Origin: Thalia democratica
Taxonomy: Eukaryota
Direction of reading: 5' to 3'
Length of the DNA stretch: 64,000 nucleotides
Assembly: GCA_965202585.1 (NCBI GenBank)
Contig: OZ241829.1
Span: 24,552,001-24,616,000 of the forward strand
The notes below the pieces were generated by a model that saw only the letters and a list, made by a program, of their open reading frames with translations, was not told the DNA's origin and ran no database searches. Both the position numbers and the translations under genes were made by a program. This document shows, piece by piece, positions 1 through 12,000 of the stretch; positions within the stretch are counted from its first letter, which is position 1; each line of letters starts with the position of its first letter.

Positions 1-3000
1 GAACCCCATAAACTTCCTGTGGGCTCCGTACTACAGGCGCCGTGTCATATGACAAAAGTGACTGTGAAAACAAAAGTTGGCAGCCAGTTTTGTTTGAACA
101 AAAACCAAGCTGCCACGGAGCTTGTTTATATTGTTAACTTAACCGAAAACTTTTGTGCAAACAAAATCGCGTTCTGAGAGTTTTTAAACTTACATTGCTC
201 TTGTTTTCATGCAGAAAGCACTCGAAAGGCGCGCAAAGGACCATCAATAACCTGAACTGTTTTCATTGCAAACTGTTTATGTTTTTTTAAGCAAAAGTTC
301 AGCCTGCTTGCTAACGAATTCTAACAAACGTTTTTTGGCAGCTTTAAATGCTGCAAACGGCTCTTTAAACCAACGGATGTTGGCATTTGATTTTTAACTA
401 TCTGAACGTTTTTTATTACATTTGGTTTATCAAAAAATATTTTGTTTTGAAAGAGATTTTTTTTCTTACCTAATAAGTTAAAGTACTCTATCCACATATA
501 AACAACTGTCATTCAAAACATTACGCAACCGGATATTAACACTTAACACTTAAACCAAAAAGTGACGTATTAGACATCTACAACATTACAAACCATACTT
601 GTTGTAAAGAGTTGCTTTAACTACTTGACCGTAAAGTTTCAACTTAAAACAAACAAAAACTCACTACGAGTGATCGATTGCCCATAACAAAATTTGCGTT
701 TTGCCAACTTTGTAATACAAGTATCAAAACTAAACTCACGCTCACGACTTTTTTCGTTTCCAGCTTCGAATCCTGGCTGCTCGAAGTGCTCAAGTGCTTG
801 GAACAATCGCTTTCGGTAGAGTGCACCATAGCTGGCCATCGCAGCCATAAACTCCTGTCCTGATTGGCTGTTGGTTTCGAGTCGGCTTCGCTGATTAGCT
901 GCAGCGCCGACTTGTCGAAGTCGGAAAGAACGATGGCTTCCCGCGATTGCATTTCCTCGAGAAACTTGACCTTTGAGTTAAACAAGTTTTAGTATATTTT
1001 GTTATTAAAACATTTGACTGAAAGTATTACACGCAGCAATGCATTTTTATAAGGGCCTGTATCAATTAGTTTTAGTTGAAACAAATGGTCGCATAATAAA
1101 AGTTAAAAGAACTGACCTTTAAACGAAGTTACGCCTATAAAGTACAACAGCTCTTTAAAAATAACAAATAACCTTTAGTCGCGAGCTTTAAAAGCAGCAA
1201 ATTTTATGCACAAGAGCAAACGGGTTGTCAAATTTAAATTTGCGCTCCGGAAGCAATAAAGGCTGAGGGCGGCGACAAACAAAAAGCTCGTAAACACGAA
1301 AAGTTCTTATGACGTAACTATGAAGGCAGGTGCTGAGAAAAAGTTATAAAAAAACTAAATTAAACTTCAAACTTGCTTTGTTCACCTGCCAGCAGCTAAT
1401 TAAAAAGGCGCAGCTTTTATGCTTTTGCTCTATAAAAACGGTTACATTACAAGCGACTTTCAACGAGAAAGTTACAACTCACCTTGTCTTGTTTGTGGTT
1501 GAAACAAAATAGAACTTGGTGTGACTTGCTGGTTCCGACGTGGACGAACTGCACAAAGTTGCCCTCATCGCAACTTGGTATGCCCTCATTGCAACTCTCC
1601 TCGCTAACTGCTGGTTGCTGGTTGAAAGCGTACAATTTAAGGCTTACCCGCTGCAGCTTTTCCTCCTGAGAAACGATTTTATTTGAGTTTGTCTATTGTT
1701 TGATTTATTTTTATTACTTTTTATGTGGCTGTGTGTGGTTTCGTGAAATTTGTGTGAAATTTCTCACGTTTTTAAGAAATATCGTAATTAAATAGTTATT
1801 AAAGTTTTTTGAATCTTATAAACCTAAAGTTATCACTTTTCTTAATGAAATGAAAATAATACGCTAATTCTTTTAATTGTTAAGTAGAACAATTTTATTG
1901 CTGCAAATTAAAAAGAAGTATAATAACCTGAATTAAACTTTTAAAAGTTCACCTACAATATATGGCATAAGTTTTATATTAATTTTTTACCATTTAAAGT
2001 GTTCACTGATAACAAATGCCGTCATACTTTATACTAATTCGAGGTTAGCAGTTCACCGAAAAAGTTCATCGGGTTAAGTTCGAGAAAAAAAAGTTGTCTA
2101 ATCTTAATTTGATTATGATTGAAAACAAACACCTTTGTGTGCAGAAAAGTTGCAGGAACATGCGAAAACGAAAAGGCCGAAAGCAATTAAAAGATAATTT
2201 CATCCAAATAAACCGACAACAAAGCAAGCTTGCAGGTTACACGGTAAACTACATCGCTGCTGTATTGCAATTACATGGATTTTTCGTGTACGAGCAGTAT
2301 ATGAGACAAGCCCGCAAGTAACTACACGTATTTTGTAAAGTTTATATTAAACCCGAAGTGGCTGCTTTTAATATATATGTCAGGCGGATGAAATAATTTA
2401 TCTTTGTTTTATAACTTTTAATTTTACTCGTGCTGGGAAAAGTCAGCAAAAACCAACGCAGTTTTGGTTTACCGCCCAAGCACTGGTCGAAAAAAAAAAT
2501 CCCCAAACGTAAAACTCACGAGCATGCCCGGGTACTGGCAGTTGACGACGACCCAGTGCTGGTGCAGGCTCACGCTGACTTTCAGTGGAGGAGACTTTTC
2601 CTGGAAGACGGTGGCCTCGTAGCTGGCCGACTTGCCGGGGTGTCCCGAAGTTGCGGACGAACCAAAGCTGACGGCTGTTTTCAGACCTGTTAGCAGAAGT
2701 TTAATAAGTCAAAATATAAGAATTTTTAGTCGCTTAGTGAGAAAATTAATGTTAGTTTTTTTTAACGAATTAATTAGTTGTAATATTTCTTTTTTCGTTA
2801 AACAACATGTTAATAATTAAAAAGTTGAAAAGATTTTATTAACAGTAAACTTTTTCATTTAAAAAGATAAAACTACTCAACTTAACTACTTCAATAGAAC
2901 ATCTGTACTGAAAAGAAATTCAACTAAATATAAACTAGCAAAACGACACTTAAGGTTACTTCAAGAGGTTCTCAACAAAACACACAAAAAAAGAGGCAAA

Positions 3001-6000
3001 CTAGTACTTACTTTTCGCCCACTCGCCGGCCTGATTGGGACTGGAAGCGGCCAGATAGTAGGTCTTGGTGCCATTTTCACTGCAAGTTTGAAACGACACC
3101 ACGCAGCTGTCGGCCGACACCGACTTGCTGATGGTGACGGTGTGGCCGCTTTCCACATTGAACACTTGGTGGCCGCCCGATGAGCACGAAGCCTCGCTCT
3201 GTTTGGTGGAAAGGGGAAGCAGGTTAGAAGTATGTGGTAAAAAGTACAATGGCTTCTTGACAATCACAAAAGTTTTCCTTACGGTAAGTGCCACTTAATT
3301 TCTAAGTTTTTTAGTTTTGACATGTTTTTAGTCTCGGTTGGTAATTTTAACAAACTTGACTTTTCAATACAGTACACTACCGCTTAAGTACGCAAATTGA
3401 ACCCGACCAAAAAGTGCGTACTTAGCACGGGTTGTGCGTACTTTTTGACGATATAGTATAATATGAAATTTAGTTGTTTGTTTTCTTTCTTACAACTAGC
3501 CACCAAATAATTAAGCTAAATAAACAAGTCATTTATTTTAAATAAGATTTAAAACATAATTCTAATTTTCAAATTTTTTTAATAGATTTTAAAATGATTT
3601 ATTTTTTCTATCAAAAGCTTCTACATAATTAATACATACATTTAATATAGAAAGTCAATGTCAGTCAATGATTTAAAAAAAAATATTAAGCTACATTTTG
3701 TTTTGTTAGAGGGAAAGTACCAAACTACTTTGTGTTTACCAAATGTTTTCAAAACATCAATGTATGTACATTTAAATTAAATTATGACTTAACTATTTTG
3801 TATATGTAGGTTTTTTTAACTTTGTCATCTAGATTTATTTATTTTATAGCATTACAGCTCAAATATCATTATTCTTTTCAACTTTCTGCAACCACTACAT
3901 AAGTGTTTAGTTTATTAACATTTAATAACAGGACTGTCTCAATCTCAGGCCACTTGGCCTACTCAGGATTACTCACCCTAGTTTAAAAGTTGTGAAAGTA
4001 TCAGGCTAACTCAGCAGGTTGGCCATTCTACCTGGAAACATAAAATAATCTGGAAAAACTTGATGATTGAAAATTTAGGCAAAAAAACTGGAATTTCTTG
4101 AAGTTCTAGTATAACATCCTTTACTTTGTCTTTCTGGATAAGTGCGTACTTAAGGCGTGATGCGTACCAAAAAAAGTGCGTACTTAAGCGGTAGTATACT
4201 GTACTTTTAATTTTTAAACTGATATAATTTATTATTCAAATAACTGAAGATTTCTCTTGCAAATAGAGTTAAAAATAAAACCAAAAAACCAACCGATGTC
4301 TTGTAGAAGGTCATCCTTCCCCGCTGCAGCACGAACCACCGCTTCTTCCACTGCCGGGACTTCCCCGACAGCTTCTTCAGGTACCCGCACTTTGCGCTCG
4401 CATTTCGTTTCGCCTCACCGCACTTCGCACTCGAAGTCGTCACGCTCCGGTGAGCAGCGATGGGGGTTTCCCCCGACGACGTCTTCAGAAGCTTGTACTC
4501 CGGCTCGTCCTGGGTGAGGAGGGGAGCTTGCGGCAGGGCGAGGAGGCTGGAGGAGGAGGAGAGGCTGCCGTAGGCGTCGGGCGGGATCGCGTAATCGCTC
4601 TCCACTGACGTCATCGACTGGTGGGAGCTGGCTGCAATGATGGTTATCGTTACGTCACAGCACCGGTCGAAAGACGGTGATGTAATATGAGTTTTATAAT
4701 TTAGATTTTTGTTTGTGAGAATTTATTTCAGCCACACGAGATCGTGACCAAGTTACGTGAAAAAAAATTATTATTGCTTCGCAGCGGTACGTGAATGCCG
4801 CATAATTTTGTTTACAAACTCGCACAATAACACCGTGTTCCTGTTTTAATAAAAAAATCGAGCAACAAAACACACGTTTAAACTTAAATAAACCGCAAGT
4901 TAAGGTAAAGCGTGGAAACAAAAACACTTACGAACGGTAAAACTTTTAGCACTTAAAAAGCTTAATTGGCAATCGAGCCGCAAAAATAAAAGTTCAAAAC
5001 AATCGAAAAAAATTAAGCAAACACAGAAAATCACATGAAACCAGAAGTTGTTCCGCTCAGAAATGACATCAGCCCTCTGAGGTGGTCAACGGAGGCTCAA
5101 GCGGCGCCTTTTGATGTCAGCCGCCTTGTTTTCGAGCAAGCAGCAACGAAAATCGGCGACATCGGAGGAGAAAAGAATGAGAGAGTGGTCGTCGCGCTTG
5201 AGTGCACACACGTGTGCTGGCTGCTCTCTTTCAACCGGCTCTGCTGCTGCTGCTGAAGAGAAACTTTTGCTGCAACACAAAAGAGCTGCCGAATTGTCGG
5301 TAGCCAGGTAATAACAACATCTGAAAAAATTAGCAATAACATAAATTGCGTGGCCCAAGGGTAAATGCTGCTCTGGTAATTGCGGCCGCCACTTCTTCCG
5401 TTTGCTTTTGTTGTTTTCCACGGAACGAGCGCCTCCCCGCTCACCAAAGCTACTCGGTGGCAGACAGGAAACGACGATGTTTGTTGTCATGGTAACGATT
5501 ACCGCCTCGCTCGTGATCTGCCGCTGGTTCGGCCGATCGACGCGGTTTTCATCAGGAAATTTTTACTTATTGCGAGCAATAGGACGAAGCAAATTTAATT
5601 AAACTTTAAAATTTTAAAGTTAAACTATTCTACAAACCTCGCTTTATGGCGCGGCTGGTCATCGGGCTGCTCGTCTTCTGATTGGCTGCTTGGTTTTGCT
5701 GTAGCGAGCAGCCAGCGATTGCGGCGGCCATTTCCAACGACGTCATCGCTTTCGTCACAGGGGGTTGGTTAGACGAGGGTTGCCGCTTGACGAACGGCCG
5801 GTTGTGACGTAATAAAGGAGTAACGGTCGTTTCGTCATCGGATGAATCGGAGGAGGGCGCCGTTAGCGGATCTTTTCGAATCTGCTGGGCCCTCTATGAT
5901 ATTTAAAAAAAAATATATATATAAAATCATCCGATGTTACCAAACAGACCAGTTAAAAATGGGACAGTAATATATAAAAGTAAAGGTAATATAAATGTTA

Positions 6001-9000
6001 TAAATTATAGACATATTAAAATGAAACTCACCCCTTTTAGCTTGGCGTACACCGGCACTGTGAGCGGTTTGGCCTGAAAATATATAAAAAACATTAAAAT
6101 CGACTTTTTATATTATTCACCGTCTAGTTTGCGTTTCTGTTTACCCTGCACAAATACAAATGAAAAAAAAAAGTTCAAAAGAAAGCCATCAATTAGGCTT
6201 CAGAATAAAAACAGCGAAAGTGCACGGGTCACTAGGGTTCGCCCCCCTGACAACACGCCCTAGCAACCCGTCTCTATCTGCTCTGAAATCTCGTGTATCA
6301 AGTGCAAGTTGCATGCAGCAAAAAAACTTGAAAGCGGCTGTTTGAAGCGGGGAATTATTTTTTCGCCGCTCAAATTGCTCGGTAATTTGTCAGCCTTATC
6401 GAAAAAGCAATATCCTTGCAGTTTGAAATTGCCCCGGCTTTTGCTCGAGCAAGATTTAATTTCGCCTGCAACATTTGTTTTTACTTTTCGATCGGGTGGA
6501 GATCTTATCTGCCTTTGTGTCACCTCGCTTCTTGCGTGTTTATCGCCGCGATCTAGCTCGTAAAATGTGTTGACAAATAAAAAGAGGAAAACGTTTCAAT
6601 ATGAGGGGTCAAGTGTAGGCTTGTTATAGCTAAATGTGTGAACAGTGCAATTTTTTTGACACTTGCCAAATTACCGTTGAAAGAAAGTGCGCTCGTTAAA
6701 TCACGCTTACCGACACGACGGCTATTTGTAATAGCTATTAAAATAAAAAGTTTAAAAGCATCGCTGCAGTTTGTTTTGACAGTATTTGTTTTCAACTCGA
6801 CGTTTTTCGCGCCTTTAATTGCGCCTCGTCTTTTGTTTTAACTAAAAACTGTCTCACGCCCCTGCAGCTTCCCTTTGATATTCGCACCCGCGGGTATTAG
6901 CAAAGAGACAGCTTCGGATTATCTGCCGAAACCCTGTAAAAACAAAGGCTGTGCGAAAAAGGAGCTCGTTCAAAGTGAATTAATTCATGGAGAGCAGACA
7001 AAACCTTGTGTGAAATGCTTCACGGCCCGTGTTAAGGCTTTTTGTAAATACGCCTTCAAAACGCTTTGCTGAGCAAATAACTTGTTATTGGTGGTTCGTG
7101 CGAAGTGTTAACTAATAAAAGTTTTGTGTCAACCTGTGCAAACAAAATTTGTGGATTTAATTTGGTTGTTGATTCAGTTTGAAAGAAATGAAAACTTTAC
7201 GGCGTATTTGTTTTTGAATTAAAACACATGTTGTTTCGTGCCACGGCTCGGAGTTGTGAAATAGAACAAACAACTTATTTTACATAAACATTAGCTAAAA
7301 ATCAATTTTTAGTTTACAGCTTTCAAAAGCTTGTATTTTAAATTTAATAAATTTGTTTAACTGAACTATAAGTATATACACAGAAAGTTTGTACAAAAAA
7401 AGTATAACTTGTATATCACTTACAGTTTGTATTTGTCTAAAGTTTTAGTTTTTTAGTTAAACAAAACAAATGTAAATCGCTAAAAAGATATATTTTGTAA
7501 GTATATTAATAGTTTTATAGTGCAATTTACCTTAAAAGTTTTATTAATGTTTTAATATATATAAAACGCCCTTTATGACCTTATAACAAACTGATTATCT
7601 CAGACACCTATATTTGTATAAATTAGTATATAATTGCTTTTTAAGTGATGTTAAGACATTCAAAACACAAAAAAAAAAGCAATTAAACTATAAATTTTAA
7701 TAAACATTAGCTTTACACAGACTTTAATGTTTAGCTCTGTGAAATAAAATCTAGTTTAAAATTAGCTTAAGCAGTGTACTCGTTAGTCTTTATCTTTATA
7801 AATGATATATGTAATGACTTTTGTAATAATCGTAAAAAATAAATTACAATATTTTTTATTTAAATAAAAACGTACCCGGTGAATAATATCGGCGTATTCT
7901 CCGGGCTTGTAGTCTTCACAAATCGATACAACATCTGTTACAAAAATATTTATCTGCATATATAAGTCTTTTCTACTGAGAGTTTGATTTTAATTTTGAA
8001 ACAACAGTTTCTTACTTTTTCACGTTTGTACTAGGAAACTGTTTGCTAACAAATTAATAATGTAATAGGTACTTGTTTATGTACAAACTATACTACTATT
8101 TGTATTACAAACTTAAGTTTACAAAAAACTCACGTTTGCTCGGTATAGTCCTTCCCAGTGCGTTCGAAGAAAACTGGAAGCCGGACTTTGCCATGTTATA
8201 TATTTTAGTTTCCTGTATAATTTAAAAACAAATGTTTCACAAAAACGCAACATCTTTTTAAACTTTTTGCTAAAAAAATTCTCATTAAATGCGGCTAAAA
8301 ATCTTTATTTTTTTAACAAAAAGTTTTTTTCTAATTTAAATTTTTAACGGATAATAAAGAGTTTTCTTACCCAAACAGCGTGCTGATGGAGGGGAGGCGT
8401 CGGAGGCCTCAGGTTCCTCCGCTGAGCCTTTCTGAAAGAGGATGCGGGCAGGGAGTGGGAGAAATCCACTCCGACGCTCCTTTCTCCCAATTCCTCCACT
8501 CCTCCCAACTGCGACTTCTCCTTCTTTGTGTCGACGAGCACGGGGCAGGACCTTCCGAAGTCCGCCCCGCCCTCATCGCCACACTGCTGGTCCACCAGGC
8601 TCTGCAGCCGCTTGCGCGCCGACGACCGCAGGTACCTCGATTTTCCGGTCGGGTGGTTGTCGGGAACGGCGACGGACGGCGAGGCGTAAACTTTAACATC
8701 TGGGTTGCTGTCGAACTTCACCTTGACTTTCTCCTCCTCCTCCTCTTTGTGATCCTCCTCAACCTCCATCGGAGACTGCGTAGGATCGTCGGGGGTGAAG
8801 TGGACCTCGTTGTCGCAGAAGTCGTTGAACTCCATCAGCTTCTCTTCCACGGCCTGGTTGAAGAAATAGTGTGAAATGGTGTGAAGTGTTTTGTAATTTT
8901 TTAATAAAACGAGGCTTATTTTTTGAGAGTTTTAATCAAAGTATTAAGTTAATTAAACTTGGTGAGCGTTATCTTATAAGTTAACTCAAAGATTGACAAT

Positions 9001-12000
9001 TTTTTATCAGCAGCTGTACGATACTCTTTTTCGGATTATAAACTTTATTGGGAGCATCTTAAAAAGTTCTGAAACGGCGTAAACCATCGCAAACAGCACA
9101 AAAAAAATATGCGTGTTTTCAACGCGCTGTTTGGAAACCGCCTAATTAGCTGCGTAGCTTTTTGTTGTGTGTGTGGAGGGTGGAACTTTGCGAAATGCTC
9201 GGGATAAGTTGCAATTATTCATGCGGTGCGAGATTACATTCCACACACAAATGTATGATGATTATACGTATGTATATATATATATATGTATGATTATTGC
9301 ACCTTTCTAATGGAGCCGGTTGAGCAGGCGGCCGAGACGTTGGAGTTCATCTTGCTCCTCCGTTCCTTCTGCTGGGCGTCTGTGTTTCATTTTTGTTTTT
9401 TTATTGTAATGTTTTTTATATATTAGAATAAAAAAAAAGTATCTTTAACAAATATCGAAAACAGATATTGCAGGTTTTATTTGTTAGAAAAACGGTTTTC
9501 ACAGCTTGTTGGTTCGATTCCGCTTGTGACGTAACAAAACCATTTTTTAACTAAAAAAACTTTTTACAATTGAAATAAGAACGCTTTGCTTGTTAAAAAA
9601 GTACAGGAAGTTTAAAACTTGCGTTTGATTAGTCAAACAATTTGTTTTTAATATTAATTTTTTTTACTGTGTTTATATTACTTTAAATGCATAAACTCAA
9701 ATATATAAATATATTTCTGTTTTTGTTTTGAACTTTTTTAAATTATTTTTAGCAGTCTGACAACAATACAAGTAGACATTGAACTTTGTTGAAACTCTTT
9801 TCGTGTTATTTTAATATAAATTTAATTACTACAACAAACCTTGTAGCTCTCTTTTTAAACTTTCCACTTTCTTTTCAAGCTTCTTTTTCACTGTTTTCAG
9901 TTTTTTTCGTTCTTCGGCATCCTGGTAAAAAATAATTAATTTTGAAAAACCAAACTTTAAAAAAACATATTGTTTTATAATCTATTGGTTAAAAGTTAAA
10001 ATAAAGATGCAATAGCATTTTTTTAAAAGCACACATTTTATAAATACATATAGTAACTTAGATTTACCATTACCGACGCAGTTTTTTAACTTTTTACATT
10101 AGTTTATATAAACGAACAATATTGTTACCAAACAGTTATAAGAACTCCTAGTATTGAACTACTTGTATTTAAAAGCGTTTAGTTTTTCTTTTTATTTACA
10201 CATAAAGAATAGAACCTACCACTTTCAATCTAGTTAGTTAAAATGCAGTTATTTAATCATCATACTTACCAATCAAACACCCACTTTTTATCTAGCTTTT
10301 TTTAAACAGTTGTTTAATCTTTGTTATCATTTTCTCATATACAAACCAACCACTTTCAATCAAAACACATTGAACTAAATTCGCCACATTAAGTTATGAA
10401 AGATCAAAATTTTTTTTCTCACCACTTTCAGCGTCTTCATCACCCACGCCTTGATCTGCATCGTCTTCTCCCTGAGAGCGGCCTGGTCCCTCTTCCTGGC
10501 GTTCAGCTGAAAACAAGTAGTTGCGATGAGGGCATAACAAAAAACACACCGTAATTAAGCCTAATAAACTCATCTTGAATTTCTGCTTATCCCGCAAGCG
10601 AAAACTTTCTCAGGCTTTGCGAACTAAAAAAGTAGCGTGGGCTTTTCGCTTGGCGATTTGCAAAAATAAAAAGCAATTAGCTAATCAATAAAGCTTCCAA
10701 TTAACGTTTGATGTATAAGATGTTGTTTATTTAAGCGTCGCGGTTTTTCAGGGAGCTAGTAAAATTAATTTAATAATGTTCATTATTTGTTGTCGCCAAT
10801 TAAAGTTGTTTGTTTTAAGCTACGGTAAAGGTAAATAGCCAAAATGTTGTGCAAATAAAGATGTTTTAATTTATTTCAAATTAGTTTTGTAATAAAAAAG
10901 GTTGTTGTGACAAAAATTGATTAATTTCTGTTTTTTTTTTGTAATTTGAATTTAATAGTTTGTATAGTTCAATACAATAATGGCTACAATATTTACATAA
11001 AGCTGTTTTATTTTAAAAACTTTTTTTAACATTATTTGTTTCATAACATAAAAATAAACACAACTTTAATTAAATAATGACCCTCCTAGGCCATCTGAAC
11101 TATACTATAGAGTTATAAAATATATTCAACGAAAAAAAGTAATTTGGACAAATAAAAAACAATTTGCTGACTAAACAAAACACAAGCAAACAGCTGTTTG
11201 TAATATTACTAGAAGCATAATTTTGATTAACCAATTTATACAAATCATCACTTAATAAACAAATACCACGTATTAAACGACCAATTGCTTAGAACAGCAA
11301 TAAACAGCAATAAAGTTCTCAAGCCTCTTTACTTACCAATTATCCCACACACTGTACAATGACGTCACAATACATAAAACCAGACTCACTTCAACTTTGA
11401 GCTTTTGTTCGAGTTGCGAGTTTTTCTTTTGTAGCTGCTCGCACTTCTCCTCCAGTGTCTTGTCATCTGACTTCCTGTGCGGCGCCGCCTTCAGTGTGGC
11501 GAGCTGTTTTGTGGAGTTACGTTTAAAAAACAAGTTTCATTTACAACAAGTGTTTCGAACCGGCAAAAAGTCAGTGCATGGAATTTTAACTTTCGTTTAA
11601 CGATTTTAAAATGAGCCGTGGGTAATTGGAAATGATTAACCATGCCGGTTAAAACTTGAGTTTTTACTGAGATAAGTTGAAATCGAAAAGAATATTTCAA
11701 AAACAGAGTATTTAAATAACGGCTCAGACACAGATTAATAACAATCAACAAATGTTACTCGTGACAAATTTTATCAGCGTTTTATCAGAGCTGTTATCAG
11801 CTTATACAAAAGAACAGCTGCTGCTGATTCGATTTTACCTCCTTTTCCGCTGTCATCGCTCTTTCCTCGCATTTCAGCGCCTTCTCTCCAGCTTCTTTCA
11901 GCGTCAACTTCAGTTTTTCGATCTGAATTAAAATTATTTATGGTTTGATGATTTCTTAAAATTATAACTTTAATTTTACAATTTTAAAAGTCGAACATGG

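Noticed and set aside
8380-8874. 164-aa plus-strand ORF and other antisense ORFs (2430-2693, 4257-4517, 27627-28091, 37142-37411, 41299-41574, 50381-50653)
   Set aside because: They are shadow frames opposite real coding sequence.
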